Shown here: piece by piece, positions 34,737 to 46,112 of the stretch | How the letters are laid out: every line of letters begins with the position of its first letter | How positions within the stretch are numbered: position 1 is the first letter of the stretch | Assembly: GCA_963835335.1 (NCBI GenBank) | Contig: CAWIFB010000030.1 | Coordinates: 13,017 to 77,016 of the forward strand | Length of the DNA stretch: 64,000 nucleotides | From: an uncultured Chloroflexia bacterium | GTDB lineage: Bacteria; Chloroflexota; Limnocylindria; Limnocylindrales; CSP1-4 | Reading direction: 5' to 3' | Made by a program: the position numbers and the translations under genes | The notes under the pieces: model-generated | The model's database searches: none | Told to the model about the DNA's origin: nothing | The model's input: only the letters and a program-made list of their open reading frames with translations

Positions 34737-37472
34737 TTACAGCCCCGCGGCGCTGATCTTCCAGATGCCGCGACCGTGGGTCGCCGCGTACACGTTGCCG
34801 TCGGGACCAAGCTCCACGTCCATCACGACGGTGGCCGGGAAGTTGGAGCCGAGACGCTGCCAGGTGCTGCTGCCGGACGCGCGGTAGACCACGCCCAGGT
34901 CCGTGCCGACGACGAGGCCGCCGGTCGAGGTGACCTTGATGCTGCTGGCCGGGACATCCGGGAAGTTGCCGGCCACGGTGGGATCGCCGCCGATGTCGGT
35001 CCAGGTCACACCGTGATCGGTCGACTCGAAGATGTGGCCGATGCCGGCGCCGGGACCCTCGGTGAAGCGGCGGCTGAAGCCGTTCATCGCGAGGAACAGG
35101 TTGCCGTCACCGTCGACGGCGACGCCGCCGACGTAGCGGTTCGGGACTCCGGCGAGCGAGGCCTCACCCCAGGTCCAGTCCGTCCCGTTGAAGTGGCCCA
35201 CGGACACGCCGCGGGTGAACCCGGCGTTGTTGCAGCCGCCGCACCAGCCGGCGATCGCCCACTCGCCATCGTAGGCGAGCGCGGTGGCCACCTGGGCTCC
35301 GGTGCCGGGGAACGTGTAGACCTTGTCCCACTCGCTGCCGGAGCGGATGTCGAACCCGTTCGACTGGAACCAGATGCTGTGCCCACCGGCGAGCCAGTTG
35401 TCGATGTTGCCGGCGTCGGCCGCGAACGGCGCGATGAACCGGGCGTTGATGTCAGGGGGCGAGATGTCGACCGTCGTGGCCTGGTCCTTGTAGAAGAACG
35501 CGCCGTAGGTCGGGTCCTGCGGGTTGGCGCAGGTCCAGGTGACCTCCATCGACAGGTACACGTACTCCTGGACGATGTTGCAGCCGTTGTTCGGGTCGAC
35601 GAGGACGTCGCCGCCGTCGCCGCCGAAGTTGGAGCTCATCTTCGACCCGCCGACTCGCATGACCGAGCCGCCGTTGTCCTGCAGGCCGCCGCTCACGATC
35701 GCGCCGGTTCCTGCCGGAGCGAGGTCGGCATTGCTCCCGGCCAGGCCGACGCCCACCGCGTAGTACTGGAGCGCGTCGATGGTGCCGTCGTTGAGGCTCT
35801 TCCAGTCGGTCGCGTTGCCGTTGCGGTTGACCTTGCCGTCGATCGGCCGGCGGTAGATGCCGCCGTCGTTGCCGACGTAGACGTAGGTCTTGCCCGCGTA
35901 CGTGCCGACGGCCGCCGAGTGCTGGTCAGGGTGGGTCGTCTGGGGGCAGCGGTTCGCCACCGGCGACGTTCCCTCGGGGTTCGACGGATAGACGCTGTCC
36001 GGCGCCCAGCAGCTGAAGTAGAAGTTCCAGTACGGGCCGACGGTGTTCCAGCCCGACCCACCGTTGGTCGTCTCGTAGACCTCCTCGAGGCCCGCGTAGA
36101 CGTGATCCGCATTCTCCGGATCGACGATCAGGAACTGGTTGTACCAGCTCTGGATGCCGGGGCCGTAGCCCTTGCCGCCCACGCTCTGCTTGAGCGCGGA
36201 CCCGGAGTTCGCCAGCTTCCGCTGATCAGCCACCTTGGTCCACGGCCCGGTGATCGAGCCGTTCTTGGACACGTAGATGCCGTCGAGGTAGCTGTTGACG
36301 GTCCCGGTCAGCTTGTTGAGCAGCACCGGTGACTGGTTCATGACGTACAGCTTCGAACCGTCCGACGCCCAGGCGAAGCTCGCGTTGCCGATGTCCTTGG
36401 GGTTGATCGCGCCGGTCGGGTTGATCTTGACCCAGTTGTTGCCGCTGCCGGCGTCGTGCGTCTCGTAGAAGCCGTTGTAGGCGTCGCCGCTGCGCCAGCC
36501 GACGGCCGCGATCACGTGGGTCGGGTCGTTCGGATCGACGGCGATGTCGTTGACGATGTTCTTGTAGGCGGCGTTCGGGTCGCCCGCGTTGGGGCCGCCG
36601 GGGAGGTAGCTCAGGCTGGGCGCGAACGACCGGGTCCAGGCCCCGCTCGTGTCGGACGCGCTGTGGTAGTACACGCCGCGCAGCGTGGCGACCCAGACGA
36701 GCCCGTTGGCCCCGAACCGGATCGCGTTGATCGTCGTGCTCTCGAGCTCATTGCCGCCGACGCGGTCGGTCACGGCGAACGTGCCGGTCGTGGGATCGGC
36801 GAGCCGGTACACGCCGCTGCCGACGTAGCTCGTGCCACCCGTGTTCGCCTCGCCGGTCGCGTACCACAGCGAGCCGTCCGGCGCGAGCTGGAGGTCACCG
36901 GTGGACAGCGAGGGGAGGCTGTCGGCGATGGGGGTCCAGTTGCCGCCACCCGTTAGCGAGCGCCACACGCCGCCGTCGGCGCCACCCGCGTACACGTGGC
37001 CGCTGCCGTCGGCCGCGAGCCCCGTGATCCGTCCGGTCACCAGGCCGGAGCCACCGCTCGAGTTCGAGTAGTAGTCGCGGTAGTTCGGATCGTCCGCGTT
37101 GTAGGGGACGTCCGTGACCTCGTCCCAGGCGCCGCCGGTCGCGGCGAGGCCGGTGAGGTGGCCGTACGCGTCGGTGTACGCACCGGCGTTCACGATGCCG
37201 GGTGCCGTCCGCGCCTCGGCGAACTGGTCGAGCGCGGTCTGGAGCTCAGCCGCCTCGCCGCCGGCACCGCCGTTCGCGACGCCCTGTGATCCTTCCTCCA
37301 GGTCCTTCTCGTCGATCTCGCCGAGGAACTCCTCTGCCGCCCGCGGCAGGAGCGCCTGGTCCTGGTCCTTCGTCTCGCCGGGGGCTGTCAGCCGCCCGAC
37401 CGCCAGCACGCCGGCGACGAGCATCACGACGGCGCCGAGCACGAGTGCACGGCGCCGCGTCAACGACGTCAT
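34737..37472 (-). CDS. Large secreted/anchored BNR (Asp-box) repeat beta-propeller protein (911 aa)
   Basis: N-terminal signal/anchor RRRALVLGAVVMLVAGVLAV. There are repeated S-x-D-x-G-x-(T/W)-W-like Asp boxes (SLTGGGNWTPI, SDTSGAWTR, STDHGVTWTDI), as in sialidase/GH74/Ycf48-like propellers. Confidence 0.7.
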   Translation of the reverse strand: MTSLTRRRALVLGAVVMLVAGVLAVGRLTAPGETKDQDQALLPRAAEEFLGEIDEKDLEEGSQGVANGGAGGEAAELQTALDQFAEARTAPGIVNAGAYTDAYGHLTGLAATGGAWDEVTDVPYNADDPNYRDYYSNSSGGSGLVTGRITGLAADGSGHVYAGGADGGVWRSLTGGGNWTPIADSLPSLSTGDLQLAPDGSLWYATGEANTGGTSYVGSGVYRLADPTTGTFAVTDRVGGNELESTTINAIRFGANGLVWVATLRGVYYHSASDTSGAWTRSFAPSLSYLPGGPNAGDPNAAYKNIVNDIAVDPNDPTHVIAAVGWRSGDAYNGFYETHDAGSGNNWVKINPTGAINPKDIGNASFAWASDGSKLYVMNQSPVLLNKLTGTVNSYLDGIYVSKNGSITGPWTKVADQRKLANSGSALKQSVGGKGYGPGIQSWYNQFLIVDPENADHVYAGLEEVYETTNGGSGWNTVGPYWNFYFSCWAPDSVYPSNPEGTSPVANRCPQTTHPDQHSAAVGTYAGKTYVYVGNDGGIYRRPIDGKVNRNGNATDWKSLNDGTIDALQYYAVGVGLAGSNADLAPAGTGAIVSGGLQDNGGSVMRVGGSKMSSNFGGDGGDVLVDPNNGCNIVQEYVYLSMEVTWTCANPQDPTYGAFFYKDQATTVDISPPDINARFIAPFAADAGNIDNWLAGGHSIWFQSNGFDIRSGSEWDKVYTFPGTGAQVATALAYDGEWAIAGWCGGCNNAGFTRGVSVGHFNGTDWTWGEASLAGVPNRYVGGVAVDGDGNLFLAMNGFSRRFTEGPGAGIGHIFESTDHGVTWTDIGGDPTVAGNFPDVPASSIKVTSTGGLVVGTDLGVVYRASGSSTWQRLGSNFPATVVMDVELGPDGNVYAATHGRGIWKISAAGL

Positions 37473-37711
37473 TCGATCACTCCTCCAGTGAATGGGATGT
37501 CAGCGGATCCCTCCGGAGTCCGCGGTGACCACACCCTACGACATCCGGCCCGTGGAGGCAGTCCATAGGTCATTTCAAATTCGGCTTAACGGTGCCCGGA
37601 GGCACCACCAATGACCGCGAACATCCTGACGACAACCACCCGGCGGCCGCGACGACCGCAGCCTGGACATCGGGGTCCCGGGGATCGCCGGACGCCCGGT
37701 ACCCTTGGCCG

Positions 37712-39388
<1,677 letters not shown>

Positions 39389-39430
39389 CCGGGAAGCGGC
39401 CGCGGCCACGGGCCGAGATCCCCGGCGACA

Positions 39431-40720
39431 ATGGGATCGCCGAGGCCCGCGGAGTATCCTGCGCCCATGAGCGGGCGGGCGCGAACCGTATCCCGGAGGC
39501 CGGCGGCGCCGTCGGGGCAACGTGGCCGCGGTCAGCCGACCGGGGTGGGCGTGACGCGCGAGGCCGGCGAGCCGCGGGCGGAGCGGATCCTGGATCTCCA
39601 GCGCACTGCGGGCAATGCCGCCGTGGCGCAGATGATCGGCGAGGAGGCGGCGCGCAACCTGCGGGCCGGGTCGACCGGCGACGATGTCCGGGAGCTCCAG
39701 TCGGCGCTCAACGATCGGAGCGATGTCGCGACGGCGCTCGAGGTCGACGGGATCTTCGGACCGATCACGGACAAGGCGGTGCGAGAGCTCCAGTCGGCCA
39801 ACCCGCCGCTCAAGGCCGACGGGATCGTCGGGCCGCTGACCCGCGGCGTGCTCGCCCAGCCGGGGCCGGCAGACAGCGACGCCCTGGCGCGAAAGGTGTT
39901 CTCCCGCGGTGCCCGCGCCTACGATCGCGGCGACTTCGCGCATGCCTATGACTTCTTCGTCCGGGCGTACGAGCTGTCGCCACGACCCGGCCTGCTGTTC
40001 TCCGAGGGGCAGGCGTTGCGGCGTCTCGGCGGCCGGCGCGACGAGGCGATCGCATGCTTCGAGGCCTACCTCGCCACGGGCGGCGGGACTCGGCGCGCCG
40101 AGGCGCAGGCGCACATCGCAGAGCTCCGCGGTCCGGCCGCCACCGGCGTGGCCGAGGTCGACGATGCGGCGGCGCGGCAGGAGTTCGAGCGCGGCGCCGC
40201 GATGTACGACGCGCACGATTTCGGGCATGCCTACGACCAGTTCACGAAGGCCTGGGAGCTCTCACATCGGCCGGGCATCCTGTTCTCCCGCGCTCAGGCA
40301 CTGCGCCGGCTGGGCGGGCGCGACCCGGAGGCGATCTCGCTGTATGAGCAGTACCTGTCGAGCGGCGGCGCGACCCGGATCGAGGAGACGCAGCAGCACA
40401 TCAAGGACCTCCGCGGACCGGCGGCCACCGGGATCGAGGAGGTCGACGACGCCGCTGCGCGGGCGATCTTCGAGAAGGGAGCCGTGTTCTACACCAAGGG
40501 CGATTTCGCCCACGCGTACGACGAGTTCACCCGATCGTGGGAGCTCGCGCATCGCCCGGGGATCCAGTTCTCCCGCGCCCAGGCGCTTCGTCGCCTCGGT
40601 GGCCGCCGGGACGAGGCGATCAGCCTCTACGAGGCGTATATCGCCAGCGGCGCGGCGGGTCGCCAGGAGGAGGCGGCGCAGCACATCAAGGAGCTCAGGA
40701 CACAGGGCGCCGAGCCCTGA
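39431..40720 (+). CDS. Protein with a peptidoglycan-binding domain followed by three 95-aa TPR-like repeats
   Basis: PG_binding_1-like region ([15 protein letters not shown]...[17 protein letters not shown]...ADGIVGPLT), then three repeats starting at ARKVF / ARQEF / ARAIF (aa 153, 248, 343). The start is uncertain (39431 or ATG 39467). Confidence 0.7.
   Translation: MGSPRPAEYPAPMSGRARTVSRRPAAPSGQRGRGQPTGVGVTREAGEPRAERILDLQRTAGNAAVAQMIGEEAARNLRAGSTGDDVRELQSALNDRSDVATALEVDGIFGPITDKAVRELQSANPPLKADGIVGPLTRGVLAQPGPADSDALARKVFSRGARAYDRGDFAHAYDFFVRAYELSPRPGLLFSEGQALRRLGGRRDEAIACFEAYLATGGGTRRAEAQAHIAELRGPAATGVAEVDDAAARQEFERGAAMYDAHDFGHAYDQFTKAWELSHRPGILFSRAQALRRLGGRDPEAISLYEQYLSSGGATRIEETQQHIKDLRGPAATGIEEVDDAAARAIFEKGAVFYTKGDFAHAYDEFTRSWELAHRPGIQFSRAQALRRLGGRRDEAISLYEAYIASGAAGRQEEAAQHIKELRTQGAEP
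39878..40717 (+). repeat. Three in-frame tandem repeats, period 285 nt
   Basis: Repeat consensus: F..G...[10 protein letters not shown]...[28 protein letters not shown]...G......[18 protein letters not shown]. Confidence 0.85.
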
Positions 40721-40777
40721 CCCGGCCGTCCCGGCGCGGCCGGGGGCTCGATCAGGTCGACGCGGCCAGGAGCTCGC

Positions 40778-41287
40778 TCAGGTCGGCTCGGGGCGCCGGA
40801 GCGCTGCGATGTCCGCGGCGATCGTCGCCGCCCAGGTACGGATCGCCTCCCAGTCCCGGAAGTCTCCGATCGGGTGCGTCTGGAGGACCTGCGGGTCCAC
40901 GTCGGCGTCGGGTTGCAGGCGTCCGCCGAAGGTGCGGTGGTCGCGGGCACCGACCGGATCGGTGGTCAGGGCCACCGCCGGCGTGACCGGGAGGCGGCCC
41001 CAGTCCGCCGACCGGTCGAGCGGACCGCTGCTGAACAGCCAGACCGGCCGGGCCTGGAGCGCCGCGAGGTGATGGGCGACGAGCTGGTTCGCCTCGCGCT
41101 GCCAGTGAGCCGCGTACAGCGCGCTGCCCAGGATGACCGCGTCGTACGGCTCGAGGTCATGGACCGCGCCGGCGGCTGTCACGTCCACCTCGAGCCCGCT
41201 GTCTCGGACGACCCGACCGATCTCGTGGGCGATCTCGGCAGTTGAGCCCAGCTTGGTGGCATAGGCGACGAGGACGCGAGCAGGCAT
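40778..41287 (-). CDS. Flavodoxin-domain protein (HemG-like)
   Basis: VLVAYATKLGSTAEIAHEI...YDAVILGSALYAAHW is typical of the flavodoxin_5 / HemG-like family. ATG at 41287. Confidence 0.7.
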   Translation of the reverse strand: MPARVLVAYATKLGSTAEIAHEIGRVVRDSGLEVDVTAAGAVHDLEPYDAVILGSALYAAHWQREANQLVAHHLAALQARPVWLFSSGPLDRSADWGRLPVTPAVALTTDPVGARDHRTFGGRLQPDADVDPQVLQTHPIGDFRDWEAIRTWAATIAADIAALRRPEPT

Positions 41288-41466
41288 CTGATCCTTGATC
41301 CAGGTGCGGCCGCCTCGGCGGTCGCTGGGCGCATCTTGCCGCATTCATGCCATGTGATGCACCGGGCAGGTTTCGCCCCGCACGCGCACGCCGGACAGCA
41401 GGGAGCCGGCGGGGGGACGCCCGCCGGCTCTGGTGATGCGACTCCCGCGCGACGCGCGGGGATGGG

Positions 41467-42018
41467 TCAGGCGTTGACCGGCGCCGGCTCGCCCGATAGC
41501 AGGACATCGCGCACCGATGACCCGACTCGAGACCCGACGACCGCGTCGAGACCGTAGTACTTGCCCGCGCCCAGGCCCGTGATCGTCGCGCAGATGAGCG
41601 CGTAGGTCAGGTGCTGGTTGACGATGCCGTAGGCGAAGTCCCAGGCGGCCAGGAAGAAGAACAGCATCATCAGGGTGCCCATGGCGCCCGCGAAGCGGGT
41701 GAACAGCCCGAGGATCAGCGCGACGCCGATCCCGATCTCGCCGGCGACCACGAGGACGTTGATGACGGACATCAGGCCGGGGTTGTCGGCCAGGCTCGCC
41801 CACAGGCTGTGCGTGGGATTGAACACGGTGCCCTCGGCGACGTCGCCGGAGACGAACGGCCAGCCGAGCGTGCCGTTGGTTGCGAACTTGAGGAAGCCAC
41901 TGGCGTCGAACGCCTTCTCGGCGGTGAGCTTCTCGAGCCCTGCCCACAGGAAGATGACGCCGACCAGGACGCGCAGCAGCGCGATCCCGATCATGTGGAT
42001 CCGGTTCGTGATTTGCAT
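41467..42018 (-). CDS. DoxX-family membrane protein
   Basis: ATG at 42018 after GCAGGAGG. LLRVLVGVIFLWAGLEKL and four TM segments are typical of DoxX. Confidence 0.75.
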   Translation of the reverse strand: MQITNRIHMIGIALLRVLVGVIFLWAGLEKLTAEKAFDASGFLKFATNGTLGWPFVSGDVAEGTVFNPTHSLWASLADNPGLMSVINVLVVAGEIGIGVALILGLFTRFAGAMGTLMMLFFFLAAWDFAYGIVNQHLTYALICATITGLGAGKYYGLDAVVGSRVGSSVRDVLLSGEPAPVNA

Positions 42019-42179
42019 GGGACGCTTACCTCCTGCAACCCTTCCGTCCGGTGATGGTTCGCCGGCGGCCCTCAATGCGGGGTTGTCTTGATGCAATCAG
42101 CCTGCACCGGGTGCCACCATTGTGCTGTGGGCCGAGTGGCCTGTACAGGCCGTGACATTGGGAGGTCAACGTTGGCCGG

Positions 42180-43007
42180 TTGGACCGGGCCGGACCCTGC
42201 GGCGCTGCCGCGGTGACGATGCCGCAGGAGCAACGCATCCTGAGGACACGGCCGGGCGTCGTGCGCCCGGTCGCCCGGCTTGTCCGCTGGCTCTCGGCGG
42301 GCCCGACGTACCCGGCGGGGGAGGGCGACCGGCGTGCGTTCACCGTCCTTGGCCTTGACCTGCCGGTTCGTGCCACGGTCGCGATCGTTGCCGTCGCGAT
42401 CCTGCTGCTGCTCGAGCAATACGGGCACGTCAACGCCCTGGTCGAGGCCCTTGCCGGCGCTGCGGGATCCTCAGGTGCCGATCGCCAGCGTCTCCAGTCG
42501 ATCGAACGGCTGATCACCCAGGGCGCGATTCCGCTCGCGCTGGTGATCCTCGTGATGCGCGACCGGCCGTCCCGCTACGGGCTCCGGCTGGGCGACGTCC
42601 GGGCGGGGGTGGCCGTGGCACTCGCCGGGTGCATCGTGATGAGCGCCGTGGTGCTCGTGACGGGACGGTTTCCGGCGTTCGTCAGCTACTACGGGTCGCA
42701 GGGCGCACCCGCACCGGACGTGTTCCTGACCAGCGCGCTCGAGGTGATCCCCGCGGAGTTCTTCTTCCGGGGCTTCCTGCTGTTCGCCTTGCTCCGGGTG
42801 ATGGGGCCCGTCGCGGTCGTGGTCGCAACCGTGCCGTTCGCCTTTGCCCACCTCGGCAAGCCCGAGATCGAGACGCTGAGCACGCTGGGCGGCGGGTTCC
42901 TGTACGGATGGCTGGACTGGCGCACCGGGTCCGTGGTGTGGAGCGGACTTGCCCACACCTGGATCCTCGGGCTGCTGGTGATCGTCGCGTCCTCTGCCGG
43001 GGGATAG
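42180..43007 (+). CDS. CPBP-family intramembrane metalloprotease (CAAX/Abi-like)
   Basis: Motifs EVIPAEFFFRGFLL (EExxxR-like), FAFAHL and GLAHTW. The start is uncertain; ATG 42219 is possible. Confidence 0.75.
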   Translation: MDRAGPCGAAAVTMPQEQRILRTRPGVVRPVARLVRWLSAGPTYPAGEGDRRAFTVLGLDLPVRATVAIVAVAILLLLEQYGHVNALVEALAGAAGSSGADRQRLQSIERLITQGAIPLALVILVMRDRPSRYGLRLGDVRAGVAVALAGCIVMSAVVLVTGRFPAFVSYYGSQGAPAPDVFLTSALEVIPAEFFFRGFLLFALLRVMGPVAVVVATVPFAFAHLGKPEIETLSTLGGGFLYGWLDWRTGSVVWSGLAHTWILGLLVIVASSAGG

Positions 43008-43094
43008 CCCGCGAGGTGCGGGAGGGACGGCCGGCGCGGCAGGAGCCGGCGGTCAGGTCCGGCAGCGACGATCCGGGCCCGGCCGTATCCTCGC

Positions 43095-44099
43095 GTGATG
43101 CCTCGAGACGTCGCACCCCAGCCGGTCATCGACCTTGCGGAGGCACGCGCCGCAGCTCGCCGGGCGCAGGACTGGGCGCTGGCCGACCGGCTCAAGGCGG
43201 ACATCGAGGATGCCGGCTGGAAGGTGATCGACGCCGGCACGATGTACGACCTCGAGCGCGCCGCGGCGGCCGATGTCAGCGTGGACGGGACCATTCGCCA
43301 TGGGTCGAGCGCGACGGTGCCGTCGCGCCTGGACGAGGCGCCGGTCGGGACCGCGTCGATCGTCCTGGTCGCCACCGACCGACCCGACGACCTGGCCCGC
43401 GCCATCCGCCAGCTGGTCGACCACGCGCCGGACGGGACGCAGATCGTGGTCGTCGCGAACGCGCCATCTGCGGCGCAGGCGAGCGGGCTCGCGAGCCTTG
43501 ATGCGACCGATCCGGGTGCCCCCGGCGTCATGACGGACGTGGTCTGGACCAGCGCCCGCCTGGGTCACGCGGCGGCCCTCAACGCCGGCATCCGCCGGGC
43601 CGTGGCGCCCGTGGTGGTCCTGTTGAGCCTCGCCGCCGAGGTGGCCGGCGACGTGGTCACGCCGATGGTGGCGGCGCTCGCGGATCCCGGCGTCGCCGTC
43701 GCGGGGCCGTTCGGGCTCGTGTCCCGAGACCTGAGCCGGTTCGATCCAGCGCCCGAGGGCGCGGTCGATGTCGATGCCATCGACGGCGCCCTTCAGGCGT
43801 TCCGGCGCGCCGACTACGTGGAGCGCGGTCCGCTCGACGAGCGCTTTGTCACCGCCCCGAGCCTCGACGTGTGGTGGAGCCTCGTGCTCCGGGACGGCGA
43901 TGCGGGCCCCGCGAGCGACCCCGACGCGGCGCCGGTCCACCGCCGTGCGGCCGTGGTCTCCGGGCTGCCCGTCCGGCGGGTCGAGGCCCCGGTCGTGGCC
44001 GGCGAGCCGGACGCAGCGGCCCGGCTGGCCAGGCGCAACCACTATCGGGTCCTCAAGCGCTTCGCCGCGCGGCGGGACCTCCTCGTCACGCCCGGCTGA
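43095..44099 (+). CDS. GT-A-like (family-2-type) glycosyltransferase with an N-terminal CysRS-C-terminal-like helical segment
   Basis: SIVLVATDRPDDLARAIRQL...IVVVAN and AALNAGIRRA are GT2-like. The N-terminal EARAAARRAQDWALADRLKADIEDAGWKVID resembles the C-terminal helix pair of cysteinyl-tRNA synthetase. Confidence 0.5.
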   Translation: MMPRDVAPQPVIDLAEARAAARRAQDWALADRLKADIEDAGWKVIDAGTMYDLERAAAADVSVDGTIRHGSSATVPSRLDEAPVGTASIVLVATDRPDDLARAIRQLVDHAPDGTQIVVVANAPSAAQASGLASLDATDPGAPGVMTDVVWTSARLGHAAALNAGIRRAVAPVVVLLSLAAEVAGDVVTPMVAALADPGVAVAGPFGLVSRDLSRFDPAPEGAVDVDAIDGALQAFRRADYVERGPLDERFVTAPSLDVWWSLVLRDGDAGPASDPDAAPVHRRAAVVSGLPVRRVEAPVVAGEPDAAARLARRNHYRVLKRFAARRDLLVTPG

Positions 44100-44456
44100 G
44101 CGACGTGCCGGGCCGGTCGACGGCGCTCCGGGCCGTTCCGCCCGGCCAATTCGCGCGATTCTTCATTACAACCCCATAACGAAACGGCGCCCCGGTCGTT
44201 TAGAGAACAGAGGCCTCGCGGATAACATCGTTCCCCCGGCGGTGTGGCACGGCGAGGCCTCATTTCCTGCCCGCCGCACGGGCCTTCCGCCGTTCCGCCT
44301 CTATACTCCGGCCGTGCGTCGCTGGGTCTGCATCGTGGCCATGCTTGTCGGGTTCTCCGGTGACAGCTATGCCTGGACCGTCCGTCCGCGGATCCCGGTC
44401 CCGATCGAGCGACTCCTTGATCCGCGCCGTCCCGATGCGGGCCTGCCGGAAGGCCC

Positions 44457-46112
44457 GTGGTGGAGGCTGACCTGATCGTTCCGCCGCCCGAGGACGGTCC
44501 CGAGATCGCTGTCTCGGGGCGTCGTCGCGCCCTGGTCGCCGCCGTGGCCGTGCTCGTTGCGGTCGCCATGCTGGTGCGGCTGTGGCCGATGGGCAGGCCG
44601 GGATCGGACCAGGCGGTTGCCGCCGACCCGGGCACCGTGACCGTGCTCGCGGGCGCACCGGCGTCGATCGACCCGGCCTTCGCCGGCGATCTGGGGAGCG
44701 CCTCGTACGTGAGCCAGCTGTTCGAGACGTTGACAGCGGTCGACCCGTCGTTGACGGTCCGCCCTGCGCTGGCCGCGTCGTGGTCGATCGAGGATGACGG
44801 GCGACAGGTCGTGTTCACGCTCCGCCAGGGGCTGACGTTCAGCGATGGCAGCGCGTTGACGGCCGCGGATGTGGTGCGCAGCTGGCGACGCCTGTTCGAT
44901 CCGGCGCACCCGTCGCCGCTCGCCTCGCTGGTGGCCGACGTCGTGGGCGCGCGCGACCTGCTGGGCGGTCGTGCGTCCGACCCGTCGACGCTGGGCGTCC
45001 ACGCCGACGGCGACCTGCGCGTCGTCGTGGACATGGAGCGCGGCGGCGGCGACCTGCCGGCCATCGTGTCCGGGGCGCCGTTCGCCGTCGTGCCGCGGTC
45101 CGTGGGCAGCAACGAGATCGCGCAGGACCCGTCGACCTTCGTGGGCAGCGGGGGCTACGTCCTGTCGGACGTCCAGCCCGACGCCTTCGTGCTGACTGCC
45201 AACCCGCACTACTGGGCAGGCACACCGGCGATCGAGACGGTGCGGATGCTGACCACGATCGCCGGCCAGAGTCCCGTCGACGCGTTCGTCGCGGGCGACG
45301 TCGATGTCGCCCAGATCGGCTTCGTGGACGCGGGCTGGATCGCCTACGACCGCGCGCTCGGGCCGTCGCTGCGCAGCGACCCCTCGCTCTCGGTGACCTA
45401 CTACGGCTTCGACGCCCGGCAGCCGCCGTTCGACGATCCGCTCGTCCGGCGAGCCTTCGCCGAGGCGGTCGACTGGCGCCGCCTCGCCCAGCTCGACGAG
45501 GTGGGCTCGTCGGTCCCCGCCACGGGCATCGTTCCCGCCGGCATGCCCGGTGCCCCGAGCGGCGACTACATGCCCGCCTACGACCCGGCGGACGCCCGCG
45601 CGCTGCTGTCGCAGGCGGGCTTTCCGGGTGGCGCGGGGTTCGCGACCGTCACCTTCATCTCCAGCGGCGGCGGCTACGACGAGGGGATCGTGGCGATGCT
45701 CCGGGACAACCTGGGGGTGACCGTCAGCTACGCGACGATGGACTTCGGCCCCTACATCGATCGCCTGGCCACGAACCCGCCGGACATCTGGAACCTGTCC
45801 TGGGTGGCCGACTACCCGGGACCCAACGACTTCCTGGGCGTGCTCCTGGGCACGGGGTCGACCGCCAACGAAGGCCGCTGGTCCAACGCGGAGTTCGACG
45901 CCGCGATCGCTGACGCGGGCGCCGCCACGAGCGCTGCCGATGCCACCACCGCGTACGCCCGGGCGATGGCGATCGTTCGCGACCAGGTGCCGGTCGTGCC
46001 CGTCAGCTACGGGACATCGTTCTCGCTGGTCCGCGACGGCCTGCTCGGCGCGAGCCAGAACGGGCTCGGGATCATGCGCCTCGCGGGGCTCGCGTGGAGC
46101 TCGGGGCAATGA
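44457..46112 (+). CDS. Family-5 ABC substrate-binding protein (peptide/nickel type) with N-terminal TM anchor
   Basis: The anchor is ALVAAVAVLVAVAMLV. Motifs LFETLTAVDPSLTVRPALAASW and GYV..D.. are typical of SBP_bac_5. No cognate permease or ATPase genes are adjacent. Confidence 0.75.
   Translation: MVEADLIVPPPEDGPEIAVSGRRRALVAAVAVLVAVAMLVRLWPMGRPGSDQAVAADPGTVTVLAGAPASIDPAFAGDLGSASYVSQLFETLTAVDPSLTVRPALAASWSIEDDGRQVVFTLRQGLTFSDGSALTAADVVRSWRRLFDPAHPSPLASLVADVVGARDLLGGRASDPSTLGVHADGDLRVVVDMERGGGDLPAIVSGAPFAVVPRSVGSNEIAQDPSTFVGSGGYVLSDVQPDAFVLTANPHYWAGTPAIETVRMLTTIAGQSPVDAFVAGDVDVAQIGFVDAGWIAYDRALGPSLRSDPSLSVTYYGFDARQPPFDDPLVRRAFAEAVDWRRLAQLDEVGSSVPATGIVPAGMPGAPSGDYMPAYDPADARALLSQAGFPGGAGFATVTFISSGGGYDEGIVAMLRDNLGVTVSYATMDFGPYIDRLATNPPDIWNLSWVADYPGPNDFLGVLLGTGSTANEGRWSNAEFDAAIADAGAATSAADATTAYARAMAIVRDQVPVVPVSYGTSFSLVRDGLLGASQNGLGIMRLAGLAWSSGQ

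Noticed and set aside
40721-40744. Hairpin CCCGGCCG-tcccggcg-CGGCCGGG as an intrinsic terminator between convergent genes
   Set aside because: It has a perfect 8-bp stem but no U/T tract on either side, and GC-rich palindromes of this size are frequent in this sequence. The evidence is too weak to list as a feature.
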